DNA from: an uncultured virus (IMG/VR IMGVR_UViG_3300034374_012765)
Taxonomy: Duplodnaviria > Heunggongvirae > Uroviricota > Caudoviricetes
DNA: 64,000 bases
IMG/VR virus record: IMGVR_UViG_3300034374_012765
Direction: 5' to 3' (one strand)
Of this stretch, positions 39,708 through 47,292 are shown piece by piece; position 1 is the first letter of the stretch, and the number at the start of each line of letters is the position of its first letter. The notes beneath the pieces were generated by a model that worked only from the letters and a program-made list of their open reading frames with translations, searched no databases and was not told the origin of the DNA. Both the position numbers and the translations under genes were made by a program.

Positions 39708-40175
39708 TTAATAGTTATTCTCCTGTCTCCTCCTATTCTCCTCATTCTTACTCATGTACATATTGTACATTTCCTGGGAAGTCATTCCTATGGAGGCAGC
39801 ATAATTCATAAAAAAATGAAGCATGTCAACTATTTCGAACTTGCACTCAAGCTGGTCTGATTCAGATAAATCACTAAATCGGATCTCCGTGTAACTATTA
39901 TACGCTTGCTTCCATCTTTTCCAGATTGCGTTTCCCCCGCCTTGCTTAATACCACCCAAGGCATCAGTAGCTTCGTGGATCTCGTCAATCATAGCATGGT
40001 TATTCATATGCCAGAAATCCATTAGATCCCTGAGAGTCATGTCCTGAAAATTGTAGCCGTAAACGTTCTTCTGAGTGTCTGCTTGAAGTTCAAGAATTTC
40101 ACCTAGTGTATCGGAAGATTCAGAATACAGATCCTTAATTTCTAGTTCTGCACAAGTATTATCAGTGTTTGCCAT
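39708..40175 (-). CDS. all-alpha dUTPase/dCTPase (gp56/MazG-like)
   Basis: DEIHE...W...FEIVDMLHF...KNEEN motifs. Confidence 0.75.
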   Translation of the reverse strand: MANTDNTCAELEIKDLYSESSDTLGEILELQADTQKNVYGYNFQDMTLRDLMDFWHMNNHAMIDEIHEATDALGGIKQGGGNAIWKRWKQAYNSYTEIRFSDLSESDQLECKFEIVDMLHFFMNYAASIGMTSQEMYNMYMSKNEENRRRQENNY

Positions 40176-40265
40176 ATTTTTTTGTTTGATCTATTTTTAA
40201 TCCTCTAGACACTAGGTTTTTTATATATCAAGTGGTCTATAGAGGTCGAGTATTTTTAGGATTTT

Positions 40266-41678
40266 CTACCCCATTTTTTTTAATTGTTTCTCCATCTGAT
40301 CAATTTCAATCTGGAGTTTTAACATTCGATCTTTAGTTGCTTTACGCTTGGCATAAAGATCTTTAATTATTGTCTTAAGTATTGGATTTTCCGAGTCACC
40401 TCCAAAAACGGCCTTAGATGAAGTTCTCACCCATCCTTCCTTAACTTCGGATAAGTTTATTCCCTCCTTTCCTTTATAAACCTCAGGGGATATTCCCCAT
40501 TGAACAATCGTATTAGGATACAGAGAGGCAAAGTCGTAACAAGCCACCCATTCATGTAGACCTTTGATGGGCTCTTTCACATATCCACCTATAAATTTAA
40601 CGTGGCTTTCCTCTTTCCTCTCGTTAACAAAAACCTGTCCCCTCTCTAAGAATTTGCGGAGCATCAGCACTTCCGTTGACCAAACAGGAGAAAGAGCCCT
40701 ACTTATCTCAACGCCATTTAAATTGGCAATTTTGAGATAAGTAAGCATTGTTTGAAGCTTTACGTCTATATAGTGAACAAGAGCGCAGTCAATAACATTA
40801 TACAGTATAAATTTTGGAAAATCGGACTGATACAGGTCCCTTAGGGATCCATTATAGACTATCTTTTTAAGTCCCGTGGCCTTTTCCGCTACGTAATCAA
40901 GTCTATTACTTTCTTTAATTTTTATTACTCGGTCCCACTTCCGGTATATCTCCAGATAATCGACCATGAGCAAGTGCATGGGGAGGTTGTTCTTTCCAAT
41001 GAGCCAATTGGAAGGAGATATTATCTTAGGATCTATGCCCAACCTCTTAGCTCTGTTAACCAAATACGGCCAGTCATATCCAAACCAGTTCCATCCAGTA
41101 ATCAGGGACATTTTGGGTGCTAGGTTCTTGAAGAAAGTATAAAGCATATCATATTCACTCTCGAATTTATGATACTTAAAACTCCACTCATCGCCCATTG
41201 GAGACAGATACTCGTTAGTCCTTCTATGGATATCGGCTTGCTCTTCAGGGGTAAGTGGGTCTAGACCAAGCATAATCGCCTTACATCGGTCAGTGGCTAT
41301 ACCTATTGAAAGAACCTTATTCTTTGCCGATGCTGTATCGAGTGAATCCCTCATCTCGTCGGTCATCTCTACCTCTATATCGACAAAATATTTTTTGGGA
41401 GTCTGGAATTCAAAAAGGGGCTTAGTTAACTCCGGATCAGCCTCTTCCAAGATCTGTATCATCCGATACTTGTCATATTTCTGGGTTTTTGCTTTTCTAA
41501 CTGGGAACCCGTCCCAGCTCTCCCATTCCTTCTCCCTTCTACTATCTGATGGTGAGCATTTTTCCCATATGAATCTCTCCTTATCAGGGACCGGAACATT
41601 AATAAATATTAAATCACCGTCCTCAGAAAAACTTGATACCTTCAAGTAGGTTCCTTTATTCTCAATATCAACTATCAT
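40266..41678 (-). CDS. family B DNA polymerase, N-terminal subunit (3'-5' exonuclease plus motif A; gp43A-like)
   Basis: ExoI DIE, ExoII GWN...YD, ExoIII YNVID, motif A DFASLYP; ends in the fingers helix; start set at MIVDIE. Confidence 0.9.
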   Translation of the reverse strand: MIVDIENKGTYLKVSSFSEDGDLIFINVPVPDKERFIWEKCSPSDSRREKEWESWDGFPVRKAKTQKYDKYRMIQILEEADPELTKPLFEFQTPKKYFVDIEVEMTDEMRDSLDTASAKNKVLSIGIATDRCKAIMLGLDPLTPEEQADIHRRTNEYLSPMGDEWSFKYHKFESEYDMLYTFFKNLAPKMSLITGWNWFGYDWPYLVNRAKRLGIDPKIISPSNWLIGKNNLPMHLLMVDYLEIYRKWDRVIKIKESNRLDYVAEKATGLKKIVYNGSLRDLYQSDFPKFILYNVIDCALVHYIDVKLQTMLTYLKIANLNGVEISRALSPVWSTEVLMLRKFLERGQVFVNERKEESHVKFIGGYVKEPIKGLHEWVACYDFASLYPNTIVQWGISPEVYKGKEGINLSEVKEGWVRTSSKAVFGGDSENPILKTIIKDLYAKRKATKDRMLKLQIEIDQMEKQLKKMG

Positions 41679-41736
41679 CAAATATTTAGATTTATTATAT
41701 CCTAACCAGATCAGGTTGGAGGATATATAGAAGTAT

Positions 41737-42060
41737 ATGAAAGCTAACATCAAAAGTTTCGAAGATTTCTTATTAGAATATTACGTTTCGGAAGCTCCAG
41801 GTAGCGTTGTAGTACCGGGTGAATGGTACAAGGACAGCGTTAATTCCAGGAACTACCGCCCAGCATATACTCAAATGCCCCAAGTAGTGGACTCAATGTT
41901 CCAAACAACCGACCTATACAACTATCTGGATACCCTTTCCGAGGAGGAAGAGTTTAATAGGATAGTCAAAGAGAATAACGGAGAACCGAAGAAAATAATT
42001 AAATATCTTAAGAGACGAATAAACGAGGAGCTTCTACCTCAGCAGAAGGGGGAAAAATAA
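41737..42060 (+). CDS. hypothetical protein with N-terminal FxxF tag
   Basis: MKANIKSFEDFLLE; GATATATA at 41722-41729. Confidence 0.65.
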   Translation: MKANIKSFEDFLLEYYVSEAPGSVVVPGEWYKDSVNSRNYRPAYTQMPQVVDSMFQTTDLYNYLDTLSEEEEFNRIVKENNGEPKKIIKYLKRRINEELLPQQKGEK

Positions 42061-42072
42061 GGAGCTGGTAAA

Positions 42073-42906
42073 GTGGAAATAATCAAACATCCCATCAATG
42101 AGGGATCTTATTATTCGGATCCCAACTTTAAAGATTCGATATTCATACATCACACAGGAGGACACCATAGACCAGACTGGACAATAGATAGCTGGGGCAG
42201 AGACCGAAAGGAATCAACAAATAAAATAAGATCCGGAGCTTCTTACGTAATAGGTGGTCCCGATCCAATTAACGCAAAGAATAAAAAACACGACGGTAAG
42301 ATACTAGAGGCATTCAACTCAGAACATTGGTCACATCACCTCTTCATAAAAAACAAAAGCAATACCTTTCTCAACCAAAAAAGTATAGCTATCGAGATCT
42401 GTAATTACGGGGAGCTTACTAAGAGCACGGATGGAGAATTCTTTACCAAGGGCAATATAAAGATACCCAAAGGACAGGTGGAAATATTAAAGGATCCATT
42501 CAAAGGGGAAAGGTATTTCCATTCATATTCGGATCATCAAATAGAGTCACTCCGGTACCTAATATTGCTACTAGCGAAAAAACATGATATAGATCTAAAG
42601 AGGGGATTATTAAAGGAGATCGGGAGGAGCGAAATCCAAATGCCCGAGGGTTTATCAGTAAGGGATCAGAAGAAATGGATGAACAAGAACGGAATAACCG
42701 ATAGCAAAGGGAAAAAGCTAATCGAAAATAGCGAAGAGGATACCAGATATTTGCAAGCAATCGATTATCTCAATAGTAATCCATTTGATCTCTCACCACA
42801 AGCTTTACAGGGATTTCAGGGACTGTGGTCACATTCCAACGTAAGGGCAGATATCAGAGACTGCTACCCTTCACAACAAATGATACAGATGTTAAGATCT
42901 CTCTAG
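42073..42906 (+). CDS. N-acetylmuramoyl-L-alanine amidase (Amidase_2-like)
   Basis: IHHTGG, SIAIEICN and SHSNVR...DCYP motifs. Confidence 0.8.
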   Translation: MEIIKHPINEGSYYSDPNFKDSIFIHHTGGHHRPDWTIDSWGRDRKESTNKIRSGASYVIGGPDPINAKNKKHDGKILEAFNSEHWSHHLFIKNKSNTFLNQKSIAIEICNYGELTKSTDGEFFTKGNIKIPKGQVEILKDPFKGERYFHSYSDHQIESLRYLILLLAKKHDIDLKRGLLKEIGRSEIQMPEGLSVRDQKKWMNKNGITDSKGKKLIENSEEDTRYLQAIDYLNSNPFDLSPQALQGFQGLWSHSNVRADIRDCYPSQQMIQMLRSL

Positions 42907-43286
42907 TGGTTCATACTCTCCAGATATCCCCTTAGCTTCTTATCACTGGGTGATATTGAAAAATTTCCATTGACAAAGATCTCCCAGGATTCAATAGCAT
43001 ATTTACCAACGCCAGGCAAGTCTGAGGGGTCTTTAAAACCGGAAATCCACACACCTGACATATCAACTATCCTCCTTGCCTTAATGTTATAAAATCCGGT
43101 GGGCCTTATCACCTTTGCGATCAAGTCAGGATCCATCTTGGAACAGGTAACAGGATCCTTAATCAGATTAAATAACTCCGGCAGTATTCTCCGGACCTGC
43201 AAATTGGTCGTTTGATTAAGGAGTATGCAGATTACGACCATTTCCCATGGCTTATCTACATAATCCTCTTGAATTAACCTCTCCAA
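42903..43286 (-). CDS. MBD4-like HhH-GPD DNA glycosylase
   Basis: LIQE..PW..ILLNQT, HhH LPGVGKY, PSDKKL..YL. Confidence 0.75.
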   Translation of the reverse strand: MERLIQEDYVDKPWEMVVICILLNQTTNLQVRRILPELFNLIKDPVTCSKMDPDLIAKVIRPTGFYNIKARRIVDMSGVWISGFKDPSDLPGVGKYAIESWEIFVNGNFSISPSDKKLRGYLESMNH

Positions 43287-43287
43287 C

Positions 43288-43506
43288 CTAGAAATTATTT
43301 CTCCTAAGAATATCCTGATATTTCTTTACCTCCTTATCAAAGAGTGCAGTGGTCTTCAGATAGTTGGTGCCCAGTATTATCGAAAGCTTCCTTATACAGG
43401 AATCCCGATCTATCATCATTTTATACTGAGGGTTCTTCATTTTTTCTTCTAGCTCCGAGGCATGTTCCTTGGCTATCCTTTGTAACATTTCAATTTCTCT
43501 TGACAT
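43288..43506 (-). CDS. hypothetical protein
   Basis: 72-aa ORF. Confidence 0.55.
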   Translation of the reverse strand: MSREIEMLQRIAKEHASELEEKMKNPQYKMMIDRDSCIRKLSIILGTNYLKTTALFDKEVKKYQDILRRNNF

Positions 43507-43528
43507 CTAAAAATAATTCACATTTAAC

Positions 43529-43557
43529 AAAAAAGCCCGCCTTCGGGCGAGCTTTTT
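43529..43557 (-). terminator. intrinsic terminator
   Basis: aaaaaagcccgcc-ttcg-ggcgagcttttt. Confidence 0.8.
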
Positions 43558-43585
43558 ATTAGTAGGTGGTTGAAAAATTTCGTCT

Positions 43586-43942
43586 TTATGAGATCTTAAT
43601 TCTCCTAGGTAGCGATTCTTTTTTCTTATCCAAAGAAATCGTTAGTACTCCCTCCGTGATAACAGCCTTAATTTTATCAGAATTCACCTCATTGGGTATT
43701 CTAAACCTCTTGGTGAAATCTCCGGTCCAGTGGGAATCATTGCCTCTTCCCTCTATAACCAATGTGCTACCATCAAGCTCCACATCGATGTCATCGTTCT
43801 TGTATCCAGGAACTGGAATTTCTATAAGATATGATTTATCTTCCTCCCGAATGAAATATTCCTTGCTATTAACAAGTCCGTTTCGATTTTCTAGGATTCT
43901 CTCCATCATCTCTAAAGGTGAATAAATAGTTGTACTTATCAT
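43586..43942 (-). CDS. small heat-shock protein (Hsp20)
   Basis: VPGY..DDIDVE, FTKRFRIP and AVITEGVLTISL motifs. Confidence 0.9.
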   Translation of the reverse strand: MISTTIYSPLEMMERILENRNGLVNSKEYFIREEDKSYLIEIPVPGYKNDDIDVELDGSTLVIEGRGNDSHWTGDFTKRFRIPNEVNSDKIKAVITEGVLTISLDKKKESLPRRIKIS

Positions 43943-43995
43943 TTTTGTTTTTTATTCACTACTATTTCGAAAAATGTTCCAATGAATAAGAACAC

Positions 43996-44023
43996 AAAAA
44001 AAGGTGACTTTGTGTCACCTTTT
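43996..44023 (-). terminator. intrinsic terminator
   Basis: aaaaggtgac/gtcacctttt inverted repeat. Confidence 0.7.
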
Positions 44024-44048
44024 CTAATGTGAGTATGAAATTTTGTCT

Positions 44049-44546
44049 TTATTTCTTGAGCTGTAGCTTCTTCATGGCTTCCACAAAGGTTCCAAAGTCC
44101 TTCACTACACGATCTCTCTTCTTTTTCTTTAATCCCTTCCTTGCCGCAGGGGTGCCAACGGTTAAGGTATCGAATTTATCCCCCGATCCAACTGGTCCGT
44201 TGTAGAAATCAGCGTTAGTCCCTCCAGCTCCTGGTGCTTCCACCGGGCCCATACCGGAGACAGTATTAAGCGTAGCAAAGGATCCGCCACCCATATCTCC
44301 CGCAGGAGCTCCACCGTCCATTTCCTTGAGAGAATAGGAATCGCAGTCACATTTTTCCAGAATCTCTTCCTCAATCTGCCATTTTTCTACACAATAGTCA
44401 TTTTCATCTAGCCATGATTTATATGCGGATTCTACCATCTCGGGTGAACATCCAGACTCCATAACAGGGGTATCATCTTCACAACAGAGACAAACTAATG
44501 TTCTACCTGCTGGGGATTGTCCTGTGGGATAATATAGATTTTCCAT
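44049..44546 (-). CDS. hypothetical protein
   Basis: 165-aa ORF; Gly-rich middle, basic C-terminus. Confidence 0.65.
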   Translation of the reverse strand: MENLYYPTGQSPAGRTLVCLCCEDDTPVMESGCSPEMVESAYKSWLDENDYCVEKWQIEEEILEKCDCDSYSLKEMDGGAPAGDMGGGSFATLNTVSGMGPVEAPGAGGTNADFYNGPVGSGDKFDTLTVGTPAARKGLKKKKRDRVVKDFGTFVEAMKKLQLKK

Positions 44547-44551
44547 ATCGA

Positions 44552-44785
44552 TTATAATGTTGTTTTTATGTTTTTAGAAAATATTCTAACAGTGTTCTGG
44601 GATTCGTCTTTGGTGATATACCCTATTATATCATTATAAGAGTCGTATATCGGAGAGATCACCAAAAGCTTCCTATCCTTATTATCAATCACCCAGCTCC
44701 CGGTTAGATCGCTACCGCTTTTTTCCGCAGACAAGCTAGGTTTAGCAGAAGATAGATTTCTTTTTTTATTACAACCACATCCCAT
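44552..44785 (-). CDS. hypothetical protein (MGCGCNKK...)
   Basis: 77-aa ORF; GATAAATA upstream. Confidence 0.6.
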   Translation of the reverse strand: MGCGCNKKRNLSSAKPSLSAEKSGSDLTGSWVIDNKDRKLLVISPIYDSYNDIIGYITKDESQNTVRIFSKNIKTTL

Positions 44786-44813
44786 GTTTTAAATATTTCT
44801 AGTTACTTTCTAT

Positions 44814-45233
44814 TTATCTGTAATTTCCCCTTAATTCTTTCCTTCTTAAATAATTGAAGAGATATCTAAGTCCCTTCTTATATTCGGTTGAATTCCTAAA
44901 TGGACCGGGATATGTACGGATAGGATTACCTTGACCCTCGGGGGTTTCTTCGTTACCTCTAACTTCAACCGGGTTATACCTTCTAACCACACCAGTAGGG
45001 TGTATTGTATAAAAGACGTCCCCGTATCCATCTACGTCAGGTTGTGATTTTCTCTGAAATTTCAAGGTATTATTAAGCTCCTGCTGATGAGAGGTTATAT
45101 CATCAAACCCGAGGTCTAGTATATCAAGGTACTCAATTCCCTTCCTAATTTTATCCAGATCTATATCTCTCCTATTATCCTCCAGGTATTCCTCCCTAGG
45201 TTCGTAATCTTTATATGATTTTATCTGAGACAT
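44814..45233 (-). CDS. hypothetical protein
   Basis: 139-aa ORF; MSQIKSYKDYE. Confidence 0.65.
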   Translation of the reverse strand: MSQIKSYKDYEPREEYLEDNRRDIDLDKIRKGIEYLDILDLGFDDITSHQQELNNTLKFQRKSQPDVDGYGDVFYTIHPTGVVRRYNPVEVRGNEETPEGQGNPIRTYPGPFRNSTEYKKGLRYLFNYLRRKELRGNYR

Positions 45234-45667
45234 TACCCCTTACTAGATTTTATCCAATCCCGATAATCTTTCAAGTTAGCAAGATTCTTTCCACCAGGCT
45301 TTTTCTTTTTAGCATCTGGCCTTAAATAAGGGATAATCGGGTTTATACCATCACCAAAATTCATCTTAGGTGTAAAGGAAGGAATATCCTTAGAATCAAT
45401 AACACCGAGAGAATTACCCTCCTCATTTAGTGGTTTACCGTCCTTTACATTCTCAGGTAGATCCTTAGATTTTGTTTTTGCAAACTTTTTAAGTTCCTTG
45501 TCAGTCATAGGGGCAATAAACTTACCGTCCTTATCTTTGTATCCAAAAGCAATCTTTTCAATTTCCTCTCGGTATCTAGGATCGATTTCCTTTAGCTTTA
45601 ACTCGTTTTGTCTTAGAGCCCAAGCTTGACCCATAATTGCTTGTTGTGCTTTACTTACTGATGGCAT
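45233..45667 (-). CDS. hypothetical protein (DUF3008-like N-terminus)
   Basis: MPSVSKAQQ...MTDKELKKFAKT...LPE. Confidence 0.65.
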   Translation of the reverse strand: MPSVSKAQQAIMGQAWALRQNELKLKEIDPRYREEIEKIAFGYKDKDGKFIAPMTDKELKKFAKTKSKDLPENVKDGKPLNEEGNSLGVIDSKDIPSFTPKMNFGDGINPIIPYLRPDAKKKKPGGKNLANLKDYRDWIKSSKG

Positions 45668-45668
45668 C

Positions 45669-46205
45669 TCAAATTCTATATTTTTCGAATGGGATAATAA
45701 TTTTCATACCCTCTTCGACTTTTTTAAGTTTAGTGTAATAGTTGGGATCTTCTGCCAGATGGTCCCTAGCTATCTCAGAAGCTATCTCCTCGTCCTCGGT
45801 ATGTTCCATTTCTACCTCAATGCCAATCTGAAGCTGTCTCTCTAAGTGTAAAAGCATCTTTTCTATGGCATCCCTATCAACATGGTCCATCGAATCATCG
45901 TATGTGTGCAAGATAGCGATATCCCTCAAGTTCTTACCCGATGAGATCCCACCTTCAATCTTCTCGTCAGAATCTTCCTGTAGATAAAGGCCCTTCATCT
46001 TTTTTTTAATTTCTGCAGGACTCATCGGCTTAGCATTCAGGCCCCAGTTAGCATTGGGATCGATGATCTTCTTCTTGCTTTTCTTCCATTCCGGATACAT
46101 CCAGAGCCATCTATTGTATCCCTTACCAACTATTTCAAAGCCCTTGTCACCTGGTTGTATGGCGATGGGGGATTGGGGTGGTATATAGCTTCCTGTTTCT
46201 GCCAT
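45669..46205 (-). CDS. DUF5661-like protein
   Basis: GIEVEMEHT..A.EIARDHL.EDPNYYTKL. Confidence 0.7.
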   Translation of the reverse strand: MAETGSYIPPQSPIAIQPGDKGFEIVGKGYNRWLWMYPEWKKSKKKIIDPNANWGLNAKPMSPAEIKKKMKGLYLQEDSDEKIEGGISSGKNLRDIAILHTYDDSMDHVDRDAIEKMLLHLERQLQIGIEVEMEHTEDEEIASEIARDHLAEDPNYYTKLKKVEEGMKIIIPFEKYRI

Positions 46206-46411
46206 TATTCTATTACAGCTTCTATTTTGGATTTTGAGATTTGTGTGGTCTCAAAAAATCCAGTAGTTCCCTCTAGGAACCCAGCTACTTTTGTCTCTAC
46301 CTCAAGCACAGACTCTGCAGCAACTAAAAATTCAGATTTGTGAATTACCGGATCACCATTTCTTTTGGTCTCGGTTGACTCAAAACTTACTTTTGCAACG
46401 TAATATCCCAT
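46205..46411 (-). CDS. DUF4494-like protein
   Basis: YYVAKV...EFLVAAESVLEVETKV...ISKSKIEAVI. Confidence 0.6.
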   Translation of the reverse strand: MGYYVAKVSFESTETKRNGDPVIHKSEFLVAAESVLEVETKVAGFLEGTTGFFETTQISKSKIEAVIE

Positions 46412-46450
46412 TTTCTAATATTTTACAGTTTATATATCCTTCTAATACAA

Positions 46451-46477
46451 GAAAGGCAACCACTTGGGTTGCCTCTC
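46451..46477 (-). terminator. intrinsic terminator
   Basis: aggcaacc/ggttgcct stem. Confidence 0.6.
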
Positions 46478-46496
46478 CTTCTTTTCCTCAAGGGGA

Positions 46497-46673
46497 TCAA
46501 GAATTATTCTTCATCTCCTGTACATCGAGTCTAACCTGCTGCGCAAGTTTTTTAACTTCCTGCATTGCTTGTCTAATTCTCGTTCCTGCTGCCTTGTTTC
46601 CTTTTTCAGTAAACTTAGCAACGTCAGCTTCAGCAGATTCTAGAACTGCTTTAATTTGATCAAATGTTTCCAT
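46497..46673 (-). CDS. histone H1-like (Hc1 family) small protein, 58 aa
   Basis: Manual translation; KFTEKGNKAAGTRIRQAMQEVKKLAQQVR. Confidence 0.8.
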   Translation of the reverse strand: METFDQIKAVLESAEADVAKFTEKGNKAAGTRIRQAMQEVKKLAQQVRLDVQEMKNNS

Positions 46674-46729
46674 CTTCCTTTTTATTAAGATTTAAAATTT
46701 ATATCGATGTCGTTATTTTTGTTTCGACC

Positions 46730-47266
46730 TTATCTGCTAATTATGAAAGTTCCTTCGTGAGATCCTTCTTGTATTGACCACTCCGGACCAATAAAGGATA
46801 ACAATATGGACTTCATATTCTCCCCGTAATTTTCCACTTCCAGATGATCCTGCATTTCATCAAATATTCTTATGACCTTAGGATTCTTCTCAAGGTAACT
46901 CAGGATAGCTTTAGAAATTTGTTCGAAGTATCTGGACATATCGTTATCTCTCAATCTGAATTTACCGTCACTCATCTCAGGGATTTCCGCTTTACCCATC
47001 GCAATATCCTCTATTATTTCAGGAGCAATCTCATTTACGTTTAAAACAGCATATGAGTTTTTAGGACCCTCCATGGTTTCATATTGGGAGTATTTGCCTA
47101 TCATGAACATAATTCCCTTCTGACCACCATTCTCTAGCTCCAGCTGGAAGAAATAATAAAATAGATCACCATCTCTCTTTTGCAGGAATGGCAATGTTCC
47201 AAAACCATCTCCCTCGTCTATTCTGCTTCCTACGAAATCCGCGAAGTTTCTAATTCTTTTTTCCAC
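46730..47266 (-). CDS. hypothetical protein with N-terminal FxxF tag
   Basis: MEKRIRNFADFV...IDE; GATATATA upstream. Confidence 0.7.
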   Translation of the reverse strand: MEKRIRNFADFVGSRIDEGDGFGTLPFLQKRDGDLFYYFFQLELENGGQKGIMFMIGKYSQYETMEGPKNSYAVLNVNEIAPEIIEDIAMGKAEIPEMSDGKFRLRDNDMSRYFEQISKAILSYLEKNPKVIRIFDEMQDHLEVENYGENMKSILLSFIGPEWSIQEGSHEGTFIISR

Positions 47267-47292
47267 TTTGAATAGTTATTTTTTTATATATC

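Noticed and set aside
20187..41678. Split intein, intron or pseudogene explanation for the two polymerase halves
   Set aside because: No Cys/Ser-start or His-Asn intein ends and no adjacent homing endonuclease; both ORFs are intact and together supply all motifs.
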